This document shows, one piece after another, positions 50,840 to 61,030 of a stretch of 64,000 nucleotides of DNA. Made by a program: the position numbers and the translations under genes. Below the pieces are notes generated by a model that was not told where the DNA came from, did no database searches, and was given only the letters and a program-made list of their open reading frames with translations. Origin of the DNA: an uncultured Chroococcidiopsis sp. (GTDB taxonomy: Bacteria; Cyanobacteriota; Cyanobacteriia; Cyanobacteriales; Chroococcidiopsidaceae); assembly GCA_964248365.1 (NCBI GenBank), contig CAXTYC010000013.1, forward strand, positions 32,001-96,000. Direction: 5' to 3'. The stretch's first letter is position 1; each line of letters starts with the position of its first letter.

Positions 50840-52108
50840 TTACACCTCTGCTTCAGACTTGGGTGATTCAGACACTGATTCAGGTAAAACCGGACGATGA
50901 CTGAAAAATCGGAAATACATCGACACACAGAACTCTTTAATGGGAAATAGTACATAGGTAAGCGGATTGATTGCGACGATAATATTGCGGACATCGCGTT
51001 TAGCTAACGCCACAATCTGCCGCGCCACCCAATCACTAGACATCACTCCAATCGGATTGAGAGTGCTTTTAAATGGTCCCAAAATTAATTTACGTACGGT
51101 GCAAGGAGCATCCAAACGACGTAAGGTAACTAAATCCCCCAAAGCGCGTTTAGAAAGTTCGTATAGCGGACTAAAAGCGGGACTGACTTCTGCTTCCGAA
51201 GTATTAACCCACACTTCTTTGAGGGCTACATCTTCATTAGTGCGGACGGTGGTAAAAAACAGTTCCAATAGTCGCCAGGTTGAGAAAGTATTGACTTCGT
51301 AGGAAGAGGCGATCGCATCTGGCGTTCTTGTGCCTTGTACATTAATACCATGATTGAGGACAAGAATATCTACTTTTTCTAACAATTGGGTCAGTTCAGC
51401 TTCATTACCCACCTGCCAGGTAATCGTTTTTACCGTCAGGGTTTCACCATTCACCATCAGAGTAACAGGCTCTGACTTGGTAGTAAGGGCTACCACCTTC
51501 GCGCCTGCTTGATGTAGATGCAGCAGGAGACTTCGCCCCAATGTTCCCGATGCTCCTGTTAGGGCAACTGTCTTACCCTTTAATGCCAGTGCTGTACCCA
51601 TCAGCTTGTCTACAAAAGTAAAAGTACTGCAATAGTAAGCATTATCATCATCAAAGTGATGCCGCCAGTGATAAGGTCGATTCACTAACCAACTTGCTGG
51701 AGGAGCGGTGAAAGCACCAGGTAGGTGAGTTACATCTGTTACTTCCCGCGCCCATTCGCTACCGCTGCCACGCGCTAGACAGCTAACCAGAAACATCAAA
51801 GTGTAAAGCGTTCCTGTTAAGGCTGCCCACTGGCAGTTAGGCATCCACAGCCTGCATCCCCACCACGCCAAGAGCGTAAACACCAACATCACCAGGCATT
51901 CGGGCAAATCGTTACGCAGTTGTGCCTGACGATAGACTGTAGCATTTGGAACAGTCAAATCGCGGCGAAACGCGCGATGATGCCATACGTGTTGTCGATA
52001 TAGCAGTGACCAGCGATGGGATAAGACATGATATGAATCCCGCACCAGTTCCGCCCATAAGACAGATCCTACTCCCCAAGCTGTGTTTGCTATCCAAAAG
52101 GACACCAT
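50840..52108 (-). CDS. Bifunctional sterol-desaturase-like / short-chain dehydrogenase protein
   Basis: His boxes (HVLSH, HVWHH, HWRHH) fused to TGASGTLG and YELSK SDR motifs. Confidence 0.85.
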   Translation of the reverse strand: MVSFWIANTAWGVGSVLWAELVRDSYHVLSHRWSLLYRQHVWHHRAFRRDLTVPNATVYRQAQLRNDLPECLVMLVFTLLAWWGCRLWMPNCQWAALTGTLYTLMFLVSCLARGSGSEWAREVTDVTHLPGAFTAPPASWLVNRPYHWRHHFDDDNAYYCSTFTFVDKLMGTALALKGKTVALTGASGTLGRSLLLHLHQAGAKVVALTTKSEPVTLMVNGETLTVKTITWQVGNEAELTQLLEKVDILVLNHGINVQGTRTPDAIASSYEVNTFSTWRLLELFFTTVRTNEDVALKEVWVNTSEAEVSPAFSPLYELSKRALGDLVTLRRLDAPCTVRKLILGPFKSTLNPIGVMSSDWVARQIVALAKRDVRNIIVAINPLTYVLFPIKEFCVSMYFRFFSHRPVLPESVSESPKSEAEV

Positions 52109-52144
52109 ACCAAAACACCCACACTCCAAAATCATTTATTAGCT

Positions 52145-52236
52145 TTTAGCGGTAACTGGGAAAGACGTAGCACTGCTACGTCTCTACTGGTAACTGGTAA
52201 CTGGTAACTGGTAACTGCGCGTCGCTAACCGCTATT
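52145..52236. repeat. (TGGTAAC)n array with an embedded REP palindrome AGACGTAGCACTGCTACGTCT
   Basis: Same palindrome as at 108-136. Confidence 0.85.
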
Positions 52237-52240
52237 TTAG

Positions 52241-52336
52241 TTAAAGCACCTTGATAGCGCGTAGACCGAAAAGCAAACCAACTGCAAGGGCAATAAATCC
52301 GCCCAGCATTCCAATGTAAGCAATTACAGCAAACAT
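52241..52336 (-). CDS. petL: Cytochrome b6f subunit PetL (not in the ORF track)
   Basis: Hand translation MFAVIAYIGMLGGFIALAVGLLFGLRAIKVL*, 31 aa; GGAG ribosome-binding site upstream; divergent from aroB. Confidence 0.88.
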   Translation of the reverse strand: MFAVIAYIGMLGGFIALAVGLLFGLRAIKVL

Positions 52337-52425
52337 TTACGTTTCTCCAAAAAAATCTATAAAACTATTGAAACATTTACTGAGATAAAATACAGCCAGG
52401 TGGGCGATCGCTAAAAGGAAGAGTA

Positions 52426-53541
52426 ATGGGTTCTGTTATTGATGTAAATGTACCGCAGCAGTCTTATCAGATTGTAATTGAGGCGCAAAGTCTAGATGAT
52501 CTGGGTAAATGGATGAGTCGCCTAAATCTAGGCAAAAAAGTCTTGGTGGTTTCCAATCGGGAAATTTTTCGGCATTATGGTGAACGGGCGATCGCTTCCA
52601 TTTCTTGTGCTGGCTTTGACGTAACTAGCTGCACTATTGAAGCAGGTGAAGAATACAAAACCCCTGCCACAGTCCAAAAAATCTACGATGCTGCTGTTGA
52701 CATCCCGTTAGAACGTTCTTCCACCCTAGTAGCTTTAGGTGGGGGCGTAATTGGCGATATGACTGGCTTTGCTGCTGCTACTTGGCTACGAGGCATCAAC
52801 TTTGTGCAAGTGCCAACTACACTTTTAGCGATGGTAGATGCATCAATTGGTGGTAAAACTGGAGTTAATCACCCCAAAGGTAAAAACTTGATCGGGGCAT
52901 TCTATCAACCTAAATTAGTTTTAATTGACCCGCAGGTACTTGACACCCTACCAGATAGAGAGTATAGAGCGGGAATGGCAGAAGTGATTAAGTACGGCAT
53001 CATCTGGGATGCTGATTTATTCAAGCAGATGGAACAGAGCGATCGCCTAGATGAATTATGCTACCTAAACCCCAATTTACTTCAAGAGATCCTCACCCGT
53101 TCCTGTCAAGCTAAAGCTGATGTAGTTAGCAAGGATGAAAAAGAAACCGACCTGAGAGCAATTCTCAACTACGGACACACAATTGGTCATGCAGTTGAAA
53201 GTTTGACAGGTTATCGCTTAGTCAATCATGGTGAAGCCGTTGCCATTGGTATGGTAGCAGCGGGTAAATTAGCTGTCCAGATAAAAAAGTGGCAATATTC
53301 AGATGCCCAACGTCAAGATGCTTTGATTCAAAAAGCTGGGCTTCCTACACAGCTACCAGCCCGACTAGATATTCAAGCAATAATAGACGCTTTACAAACC
53401 GACAAGAAAGTTAAAGATGGTGAAGTGCGATTTGTTCTACCTAAGCAGATTGGCAAGGTAAAAGAACTCGACGACGACAAAGTAACTGACACAGTGCCAT
53501 CCGACACCATCCGTCAAGTACTGCAACAAATGCAACCATAA
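52426..53541 (+). CDS. aroB: 3-dehydroquinate synthase
   Basis: [30 protein letters not shown] and HGEAV motifs. Confidence 0.97.
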   Translation: MGSVIDVNVPQQSYQIVIEAQSLDDLGKWMSRLNLGKKVLVVSNREIFRHYGERAIASISCAGFDVTSCTIEAGEEYKTPATVQKIYDAAVDIPLERSSTLVALGGGVIGDMTGFAAATWLRGINFVQVPTTLLAMVDASIGGKTGVNHPKGKNLIGAFYQPKLVLIDPQVLDTLPDREYRAGMAEVIKYGIIWDADLFKQMEQSDRLDELCYLNPNLLQEILTRSCQAKADVVSKDEKETDLRAILNYGHTIGHAVESLTGYRLVNHGEAVAIGMVAAGKLAVQIKKWQYSDAQRQDALIQKAGLPTQLPARLDIQAIIDALQTDKKVKDGEVRFVLPKQIGKVKELDDDKVTDTVPSDTIRQVLQQMQP

Positions 53542-53542
53542 A

Positions 53543-53970
53543 CTAGGGGCTGGGGGCTGGGGGCTTGGGAAAGAGTAGGGGGATCTGGGGGAGAAAACCC
53601 AATTCAAGGCTCCAAAATTCACCAGCCTCTAGCCTCTAGCCTCTAGCCTCTAGCCTCTAACCTCTAGCCCCTCGTTAACTACTTAACAACGCCCGAATGA
53701 CCTGGGATATTTCCCATCGGTTCGATTCATCTTACTCGTTACCAGGCGCTTAGCTTGGTAACGAGCAAGTGGAGATGCTGTGCATCACGCTAATCAAGTC
53801 TTCCCCAGCAAACAGAGCTATTAAGCTATTGCATATAAAAAAGGCAAGAGGAACCAGAGGCGAGAGGAAAAACATCTATTAATAACGTAAATCACCGAAA
53901 TAAACGAAAAATCAAGCTTAAGCGCCTCTTACCTCTTGCCTCTTACCTCTGGTTCCTCTTACCTCTTGCT
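53543..53970. repeat. Two bipartite repeat arrays and a CTCGTTACCAGG...CTTGGTAACGAG palindrome (53732-53768)
   Basis: Read directly. Confidence 0.8.
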
Positions 53971-54032
53971 ATCATCACTAAAAATTAAATGTACATCAGC
54001 TTACAAACAAGAGGATCTAACCAAAAACCAGA

Positions 54033-54911
54033 TTACCGCTGCTTTAGGTAGGAGCTAGGATCTTCAGCCACCCATCCCACATCAGAAGCATATCGCATTT
54101 CAAAATGCAGATGTGGTTGAGGCGAACTTGGAGTTCCACTCGTTCCGACTGTCCCCAATAAATCACCTTGCTTAACTTTCTGACCAACTTTCACCCTGAT
54201 ATTTTTTAGTTGGGCGTAGCGGCTTTGTTTTCCCCCTGGGTGATTTACAACCACCAAATTGCCGTAACTTCCTTGTTTACCAGCAAACGCCACTGTTCCC
54301 GCACCCACTGCTTTGACTGACGTGCCTATTGGTGCTAGTAAGTCTAAACCACTATGGAAAGCAACTTTACCTGTAGCAGGATTGAGTTGCCAACCATAAC
54401 CTAATGCTACAGTTGCAACTGAGGGCAAAGGATATCCTGCTACAACAGGTACAGAATCAGGACGCTTTGGCGACCAATTTACGCCAGGGACAAATACTAC
54501 TTTCGGCGCTGTTTGACAGCCATTTATCTCGAATAGAACATCAGGACGGACTTTGTAGTTTTGTGCCACTTGCTGCAAAGTTTGACCTGGTTGCACTTCT
54601 ACGCGGATACCATTGTAAGGAGGAACCAAAATTTCCCTACCCACAGGCACTTTATTGCTGTTTTGCAAAGCCGGATTCATGCCCATGAGCGTAGCAGGAA
54701 TCAGGTTGTATTGCTGCGCTATGCTCTCTATAGTTTCGCCTGGTGCAACTTTATGGTGAATGACGCGAGACAAGGCAGGTTGAGAGCAAGTAGAGGCTTG
54801 GGATAATAAAATGCCTACACCATTGGCACGGGTAGGATTGGCTTGAGCAGGTGTTGGTACAACAGAGCTGATAAATGTTAAGAGCAAGAGTAGCCTGGGG
54901 CTTGAATTCAT
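54033..54911 (-). CDS. LysM plus M23 family peptidase
   Basis: Two LysM-like segments, HSGLD and PHLHFE motifs. Confidence 0.92.
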   Translation of the reverse strand: MNSSPRLLLLLTFISSVVPTPAQANPTRANGVGILLSQASTCSQPALSRVIHHKVAPGETIESIAQQYNLIPATLMGMNPALQNSNKVPVGREILVPPYNGIRVEVQPGQTLQQVAQNYKVRPDVLFEINGCQTAPKVVFVPGVNWSPKRPDSVPVVAGYPLPSVATVALGYGWQLNPATGKVAFHSGLDLLAPIGTSVKAVGAGTVAFAGKQGSYGNLVVVNHPGGKQSRYAQLKNIRVKVGQKVKQGDLLGTVGTSGTPSSPQPHLHFEMRYASDVGWVAEDPSSYLKQR

Positions 54912-55002
54912 GGGATTTGTGAATAGTTCAACTCACTTGTGCTATTGCTTGATTACACTTAGAAGTTAGCATCTACATTTTTGTCTATAGGCGTAAAGAT
55001 AT

Positions 55003-56214
55003 ATGATTTCTTTCAAAAATGTGGCTATTTCTGTCACTTTACTGGCGCTTGGCGGTGCTGCTGGATTATGGGGTAGTCGCTATCTGCCATTAGACAATAA
55101 TCTAGTTGATCCGTCACAAACCATTCCCGTAGCCCATCCGCCAACTTCCCTGCGGCAAAATGCCACTGTTCCGATGAATGGTATAGCAGCAAGCAGCGAT
55201 CGCAATTTTATCGCAGAGGCAGTGGAACAGGTAGGCGATGCTGTTGTTAGAATTAATGCTACCCGCAAAGTAGTCAATCCTATCCCCGAAGCTTTCAATC
55301 ATCCCTTGTTTCGTCGGTTCTTTGGTGGGCAGGAAAAACCAATTCCAGAAGAACGAATTGAGCGGGATACTGGTTCTGGATTTATTTTAAGCGCTGATGG
55401 GCGTTTACTCACCAACGCTCATGTAGTAGGAGATGCAAGTACAGTTCAAGTTACGCTCAAAGATGGTCGCACTTTTGAAGGTAAGGTGGTAGGAGTTGAT
55501 CCGGTCACTGATGTGGCAGTAGTGAAAATTCAAGCTAGCCATTTGCCAATTGCGAAGATAGGCGACTCAAAACACCTAATTCCAGGTCAGTGGGCGATCG
55601 CTATTGGTAATCCTCTTGGCTTAGATAATACAGTAACCGTTGGTATTATCAGCGCCATAGACCGCACTAGCGCCCAAGTTGGTATCCCAGACAAGCGCGT
55701 CAACTTTATTCAGACTGATGCTGCTATCAACCCAGGTAACTCTGGTGGTCCACTCTTAAATGCCGAAGGTGAGGTAATTGGCATTAATACAGCCATTCGC
55801 ACTGATGCTCAAGGTCTTGGTTTTGCGATTCCAATTGAGACTGCTACCCGCATTGCTAATCAACTTTTTAGCAAAGGGCGGATTGAGCATCCGTTCTTAG
55901 GGATACAGATGGTAGATTTATCTCCAGTTACAAAAGCAGAACTTATCCAACAGTCAAACCTCAACATTAAACAAGATAGTGGTGTTTTGATTGTGCGCGT
56001 CATCAATCAATCACCTTCATATTTAGCTGGTCTACGTGCAGGCGATATTATTCAAAAAATTAACGGCATATCAATCAAAAAGTCTGGCGAGGTGCAAGAG
56101 CAAGTAGAATCGAGTACCATCGGGACAATGTTGAAAATGGAAGTTAACCGCCAGGGACGTATTCAAATTTTCAGTGTCAAGCCAGGAGCTTTCCCAGCTG
56201 ATGAATTAGGGTAA
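55003..56214 (+). CDS. HhoA/HhoB/HtrA family serine protease with PDZ domain
   Basis: TNAHVV, DVAVVKI and GNSGGPL motifs. Confidence 0.95.
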   Translation: MISFKNVAISVTLLALGGAAGLWGSRYLPLDNNLVDPSQTIPVAHPPTSLRQNATVPMNGIAASSDRNFIAEAVEQVGDAVVRINATRKVVNPIPEAFNHPLFRRFFGGQEKPIPEERIERDTGSGFILSADGRLLTNAHVVGDASTVQVTLKDGRTFEGKVVGVDPVTDVAVVKIQASHLPIAKIGDSKHLIPGQWAIAIGNPLGLDNTVTVGIISAIDRTSAQVGIPDKRVNFIQTDAAINPGNSGGPLLNAEGEVIGINTAIRTDAQGLGFAIPIETATRIANQLFSKGRIEHPFLGIQMVDLSPVTKAELIQQSNLNIKQDSGVLIVRVINQSPSYLAGLRAGDIIQKINGISIKKSGEVQEQVESSTIGTMLKMEVNRQGRIQIFSVKPGAFPADELG

Positions 56215-56308
56215 GGCGAATAAAACGCACAGCGCGTAATTCGTAATTAATTACTAATTGTTGCAAAACGACTTGAGGCACAGCTAGTGCCTGGGAGAAT
56301 TTTAAACT

Positions 56309-56653
56309 TTATTCTCCAGTGTTGAAGTCGTGGGGTAGGGCTACAGAGTCTACTAAATCTTCTAGCTGCATTCTCTGTTCCATCTGACGCAGAAAGTATC
56401 CTGTCATCATCGCCGAGGCTAATATACCAGCTAAATTGTCTCGGTCGGTGATAATTTTAACGTTAAAATTTTCTGAAGGTAACATTCCCACTAGCCCTTG
56501 GACGTTGTGAGAAATAATCTGTTGAATTTCAGGGCTAACTGATTTAGCAACGCGAGCTAAAATTTCTGGTGATTGGCGCTGGAGATATTTTAGAAGTTGG
56601 TTAGCTTGAGCTTCTTCAGGGTTTTCACTCAAAAAATCAGGATTAAAGGTCAT
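56309..56653 (-). CDS. DUF760 domain protein
   Basis: N.LL.YLQ and LA..LASAMMTGYFLRQMEQR motifs. Confidence 0.85.
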   Translation of the reverse strand: MTFNPDFLSENPEEAQANQLLKYLQRQSPEILARVAKSVSPEIQQIISHNVQGLVGMLPSENFNVKIITDRDNLAGILASAMMTGYFLRQMEQRMQLEDLVDSVALPHDFNTGE

Positions 56654-57006
56654 AAGCAGTTTTATTTAGCTGGTTTGCGAACTGAGTGACAGGGAACGCG
56701 CTTTTGACGGTTTAGCCTTAGTCTATGGAATTTTAGCTTTCGGTTTTGGCTGCAAGTTTAATCTAAGCACTCTGTCAAAACACGGTTTACCCTACTGCAC
56801 TATTAAATTACGCTCTGAAGTACATTAAGAACGAGTTCTGTGCTATTCAACTCATCCTAAATGCCTATATTTTTTAATTTATTTTAGCTTTTCTTAACTT
56901 TAACTGAATTTATTAGATTAATTGCCTTGCCTAATCACCAATTTTTTTACTGATTTATGTATTGTATCAGATTATTCATATAGCTGGCTAGAGAGATTTT
57001 ACTGAA

Positions 57007-57190
57007 CTAGGGGCGCTCTTGCTAGGGGCTAGGGGCGAGAGGATTTTGGATTTTAGATTTTGGAGCCACTCGCGTGCGCGGGTTCCCCGCGTTGAGCGAA
57101 GTGGCGTGATTTTGGATTGGAAATATTTGCTCTCCCTTCTGCTCCCCTGCCAAAGTGCTCCCCTGCCAAAGTGCCCCCCTGCCCCCTACT
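57007..57190. repeat. Bipartite array: (GGGGCTA)n(GATTTTG)n with the 44-bp element, AAATATTT junction, then C-rich 8- and 16-mers
   Basis: Read directly. Confidence 0.85.
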
Positions 57191-57677
57191 CCCTTTTTAG
57201 AGCCAGCGGTTCTGGGAGTTGCTCTAATTGAAAATATTGATGAAATTTGTCAGTGATATGTAGCAGCGAGGAACGGGAATCAGAGGAGCGACGTTTGCGG
57301 ACAAAACCCCTCTCGACAAGTTCTTGAACGTGCTGATAAGCACCAGAACCACGCACGTTAACTAGTTCGGTTTGGGTAATGGGGTTGTGAAGAGCGATCG
57401 CTGCTAAAGTCCTTAATGCGCCTACGCCTAATTCTACGGGAATTAGAGTTTGCACTAAATTCTGAAAACTAGAGCGTAGCTGGAGGCTGTAACCATTTGG
57501 AGTTTCGACAATCTCCAGGGCGCTTTCGCGGTGGGCGTAGTCGTCGATCAATTCGATTAGTCCTTCTTCAACCAGGGCGCTTTCGCAACAGGCTAAGGAT
57601 GCAATTTCTGCGATCGTCAGCGGTTGACCCTTTAGGTAAAGAATTGCTTCTATTTTAGTCGCCAAATGCACGGTCAT
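57186..57677 (-). CDS. scpB: SMC-Scp complex subunit ScpB
   Basis: IEAILY, L.TLA.IA...PIT..E...VRG and T..F..YF.L motifs. Confidence 0.93.
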   Translation of the reverse strand: MTVHLATKIEAILYLKGQPLTIAEIASLACCESALVEEGLIELIDDYAHRESALEIVETPNGYSLQLRSSFQNLVQTLIPVELGVGALRTLAAIALHNPITQTELVNVRGSGAYQHVQELVERGFVRKRRSSDSRSSLLHITDKFHQYFQLEQLPEPLALKRE

Positions 57678-57772
57678 TTGTGAGGGGTGAGGAGTTAGTG
57701 GAACCAGTGGAACCAGTGGAACTAGTGGAACTAGTGGCTAGTCACTGGTTCCACTAGTCACTATTTTTTACT

Positions 57773-58930
57773 CTAAGCTACAGATGGTTTTACCAAATTT
57801 TCTGCGCCTTCGATCACCTTAGCTGATTCAATCTTGTCGCCTTCCTTCAGCTTTTCTAGCACTTGTTTGCCTTCTGTTAGATAGCCAAAGACGGAATAAC
57901 GACCATCGAGCAAATTACGTCCGGCGGGCGTTAATTCCGGTTCAAACAGGAAGAAGAAAAATTGAGAAGATCCGCCATTGACTTCAAATTCTGGTCGTGC
58001 CATTGCTACCGCCCCATAAGCAGAAAATGGTAGCACTGGTTCATCGCGGTAACGCCCTGCTTGTTCCAAAGTTATGCCATAAGTGGGAGATGGATCTCCT
58101 TTAACTAGGACTTCTAGGGGAATAGCGCGGTATTTCCCTGTGGCTGGGTCAATAAATCCCTGATCTGGACCTGCTGGATCTCCTGTTTGTAGTACATAGG
58201 AATCTTCCGCTCGGATAAATTCTAACCCATCGTAGAAACCCCGTTGCACCAAATCTACAAAGTTTCCTGCTGTTACAGGAGCGCTATAGCCATCTACAAC
58301 TAAAGTAATAGTGCCTTTGTTGGTTGTCACTTCCACAGTGGCACGACCTTTCAGTTGAGGTAAATTGCTATACTCACTTGGCACTTCATAGGGGAAGCCT
58401 TGCACCATTAGCTGTTCTAGTTGACCAACCAAATCCAGATCTTTAGCGCGAGTTAGCCAAACATTTTCTTTATCTTTGGCTTCAGTTGCTTGCCGCAAGT
58501 CGGAAATTCCCTCTTTAATTTGAGTAATTAATTCTTCTGCTTGAGGCTGACGCTCTTGGGGAATGCTAGAGAGCAGTTTATCAGGAGCGTTGACGATTCT
58601 GGAGGCAGTATTGAGATCGCTAGAAATAGCGCTCCACCGTCGATTTGCCCTCAGTTGGGTAGCGATGTCTTCTAGACTCGCTTGCAGTTGTCTAACGCTT
58701 TTATTATCAATTGGCAGTGCGTACCGCAACAAAGCTTTGCCGTCGGTAATCGCATTTCCCGCTGGCAGTGCCGCGCTACTTATAGGAGTCCATAAAGCAA
58801 CACTTAAACCCCAACATACGGTAACTAGTAGCAGTGCAGTCAGGCTATTTTTTAGCCAGCGGTTCAATAATCTTATCATGGTATAGCTCAAATACCGCAT
58901 CAATATCTGTTTGAGGTGCGTTTGTACCAA
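57773..58930 (-). CDS. Thylakoid-lumen cyclophilin-type peptidyl-prolyl isomerase (TLP40/CYP38-like); start may be up to 17 codons downstream
   Basis: Signal peptide, LLRYALP, APVTAGNF and SSQFF motifs. Confidence 0.9.
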   Translation of the reverse strand: MVQTHLKQILMRYLSYTMIRLLNRWLKNSLTALLLVTVCWGLSVALWTPISSAALPAGNAITDGKALLRYALPIDNKSVRQLQASLEDIATQLRANRRWSAISSDLNTASRIVNAPDKLLSSIPQERQPQAEELITQIKEGISDLRQATEAKDKENVWLTRAKDLDLVGQLEQLMVQGFPYEVPSEYSNLPQLKGRATVEVTTNKGTITLVVDGYSAPVTAGNFVDLVQRGFYDGLEFIRAEDSYVLQTGDPAGPDQGFIDPATGKYRAIPLEVLVKGDPSPTYGITLEQAGRYRDEPVLPFSAYGAVAMARPEFEVNGGSSQFFFFLFEPELTPAGRNLLDGRYSVFGYLTEGKQVLEKLKEGDKIESAKVIEGAENLVKPSVA

Positions 58931-59145
58931 GAGGCAAAAGATTTTACCTTTGCGCTTTTCCTAACTCACCCGCCAGTTGCAGTTTACTACGTAATCCATA
59001 CATAAGAATTTACTCTTTCACTAATTGGAAGAGCGAAATTATTTCCTGATTTTTTCTGCAAAAAAAAGAGTGAATTTACAATGGCAGCGCAAGGAGAGGT
59101 AAAATAGAATGCCGATTGTCCTGCACAACTTAAGTCTATAGCTTC

Positions 59146-59703
59146 ATGATTTCGAGTAATGACTTTCGACCCGGTGTGACTATTGTATTGGATGGAGCCG
59201 TATGGCGGGTGGTGGAATTTCTCCATGTTAAGCCAGGGAAAGGCTCAGCTTTTGTGCGGACAAAGTTGAAAAACGCGCAAACAGGAAGTGTGGTAGAGCG
59301 AACATTCCGCGCTGGAGAAACCGTTCCCCAAGCTAATTTGGAAAAGAGTACGATGCAGCATACCTATAAAGAGGGCGACGATTACGTCTTTATGGATATG
59401 GAAACCTATGAAGAAAGTCGGTTGAGTGCTAACCAAATAGGCGATCGCGTCAAATACCTCAAAGATGGTATGGAGGTCAATGTTTTACGCTGGAATGACC
59501 AGGTGTTGGATGTAGAACTGCCTAATTCTGTTGTCTTAGAAATCGTACAAACTGATCCTGGTGTACGTGGTGACACAGCTACAGGGGGAACAAAGCCTGC
59601 GATCGTCGAAACTGGCGCTACTGTAATGGTTCCTTTATTTATTACGACGGGAGAGCGCATTCGCATTGACACTCGTAATGATACATATTTAGGTCGAGAA
59701 TAA
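59146..59703 (+). CDS. efp: Translation elongation factor P
   Basis: [12 protein letters not shown] and PGVRGDT motifs. Confidence 0.98.
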   Translation: MISSNDFRPGVTIVLDGAVWRVVEFLHVKPGKGSAFVRTKLKNAQTGSVVERTFRAGETVPQANLEKSTMQHTYKEGDDYVFMDMETYEESRLSANQIGDRVKYLKDGMEVNVLRWNDQVLDVELPNSVVLEIVQTDPGVRGDTATGGTKPAIVETGATVMVPLFITTGERIRIDTRNDTYLGRE

Positions 59704-59862
59704 ATTTCTTTTAGCCCCGCTTTTAGCCCCTGCGAGCTTGCTGGTTGATTTGTTGGTGAAAGATTTACAAAGACAAAAACCGATACCAACGGGGGATTCT
59801 ATCTAAAAGCTGATAGCTGATAGTGTCTAGCGTCATAGCTAATTAATGAGGTATGCCTTGCT

Positions 59863-60405
59863 GTGCCATTGGATTTTAACGAACTCCGCCAACTTTTAAT
59901 CACGCTGGGTCAAACAGATATCACAGAACTAACGCTAAAAAGTGACGATTTTGAATTGACGGTACGTAAGCAGGTGGGAGATAAAATTCAGATGATGCCC
60001 ACATCTGAATCATTAGCAAGCAATATGATGGGTATAGGACTAAATACACCCACTGCTAGTATTGCCAATACTGGCATAGAGTCAATTCCTAATCGGGTAT
60101 TTGATACTACTGCCAGTAATTCGGTTCAGCCTATATCTACGCCACCATTAGAGTCAAAATTTGCCGAAATTTCCTCACCTATGGTTGGGACTTTTTACCG
60201 CGCTCCCGCTCCTGGGGAAGCACCATTCGTAGAAGTAGGCGATCGTGTTAGGGTGGGTCAAACAGTTTGTATTATTGAAGCTATGAAGCTGATGAATGAA
60301 ATCGAGGCAGAAGTATCAGGGCAAATTGCGGAGATCCTGGTGCAAAATGGCGAACCTATTGAATTTGGACAAGCACTGATGCGGATTAACCCAGATAATG
60401 GTTAA
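59863..60405 (+). CDS. accB: Acetyl-CoA carboxylase biotin carboxyl carrier protein
   Basis: SPMVGTFY and EAMKLMNEI (biotinylated Lys) motifs. Confidence 0.97.
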   Translation: MPLDFNELRQLLITLGQTDITELTLKSDDFELTVRKQVGDKIQMMPTSESLASNMMGIGLNTPTASIANTGIESIPNRVFDTTASNSVQPISTPPLESKFAEISSPMVGTFYRAPAPGEAPFVEVGDRVRVGQTVCIIEAMKLMNEIEAEVSGQIAEILVQNGEPIEFGQALMRINPDNG

Positions 60406-60470
60406 CTTTATTACTATACTATCCAAGTCGGATGATCACCTTTGGATGTATCATTAAGGGTTAACTACTG

Positions 60471-60821
60471 ATGATGAAATTAGCCAAGCCTGTACCTCCA
60501 GAAGTCATGCAACAAGTAGCTGAATATTTCAGCTTGTTGAGTGAACCGATGCGTCTAAGGCTTTTGAGCCTGCTACGTGATGGCGAAAAATGTGTGCAAG
60601 AACTTGTCGATGCTACACAAACTAGTCAAGCCAATGTTTCAAAGCACTTGAAAATAATGTGGCAGGCAGGAATACTAAGCCGTCGCAGTGAAGGTACTTC
60701 TGCCTACTATCGGGTAGAGGATGACATGATTTTTCAATTGTGGAATTTGGTTTGCCATCGCCTTGCTACCCGCGTTGAACACCAAGCTCGTCAGTTTCGT
60801 GTTTTAAATGGCAAGCGTTAA
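60471..60821 (+). CDS. ArsR/SmtB family transcriptional regulator
   Basis: LSEPMRL.LL..L, SQANVSKHL and R.EG...YY motifs. Confidence 0.92.
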   Translation: MMKLAKPVPPEVMQQVAEYFSLLSEPMRLRLLSLLRDGEKCVQELVDATQTSQANVSKHLKIMWQAGILSRRSEGTSAYYRVEDDMIFQLWNLVCHRLATRVEHQARQFRVLNGKR

Positions 60822-61030
60822 AGGGTTCAAAGCAACACTCAAGCGGATTTTGGAGACCTTGGATTAAAGATTTTGGATTAAACCCCATAGTTGAAACGCG
60901 GGAGCTTGCAATCAGGAATAGATTTTTTCTCTAAACCCATGTCGGTTGCTCGAAAATGCAATGATTTTAGATTCAATCCGACTTACCCTAATCTAAAATC
61001 TAAAATCTAAGATCTAAAATCGCTAGTCGG

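Noticed and set aside
56690..56795. 6S RNA
   Set aside because: The paired region is shorter than expected and I cannot match the family sequence; kept only as an unnamed structure.
57019..57231. 70-aa ORF MLGARGERILDFRFW... and similar ILDFGFW-type ORFs such as 46057-46254
   Set aside because: These are translations of repeat arrays with no independent coding evidence.
60878..60910. IS200/IS605 end-like hairpin (AAACCCCATAGTTGAAACGCGGGAGCTTG)
   Set aside because: Pairing is imperfect and no tnpA/tnpB is nearby; too weak to call a mobile element.
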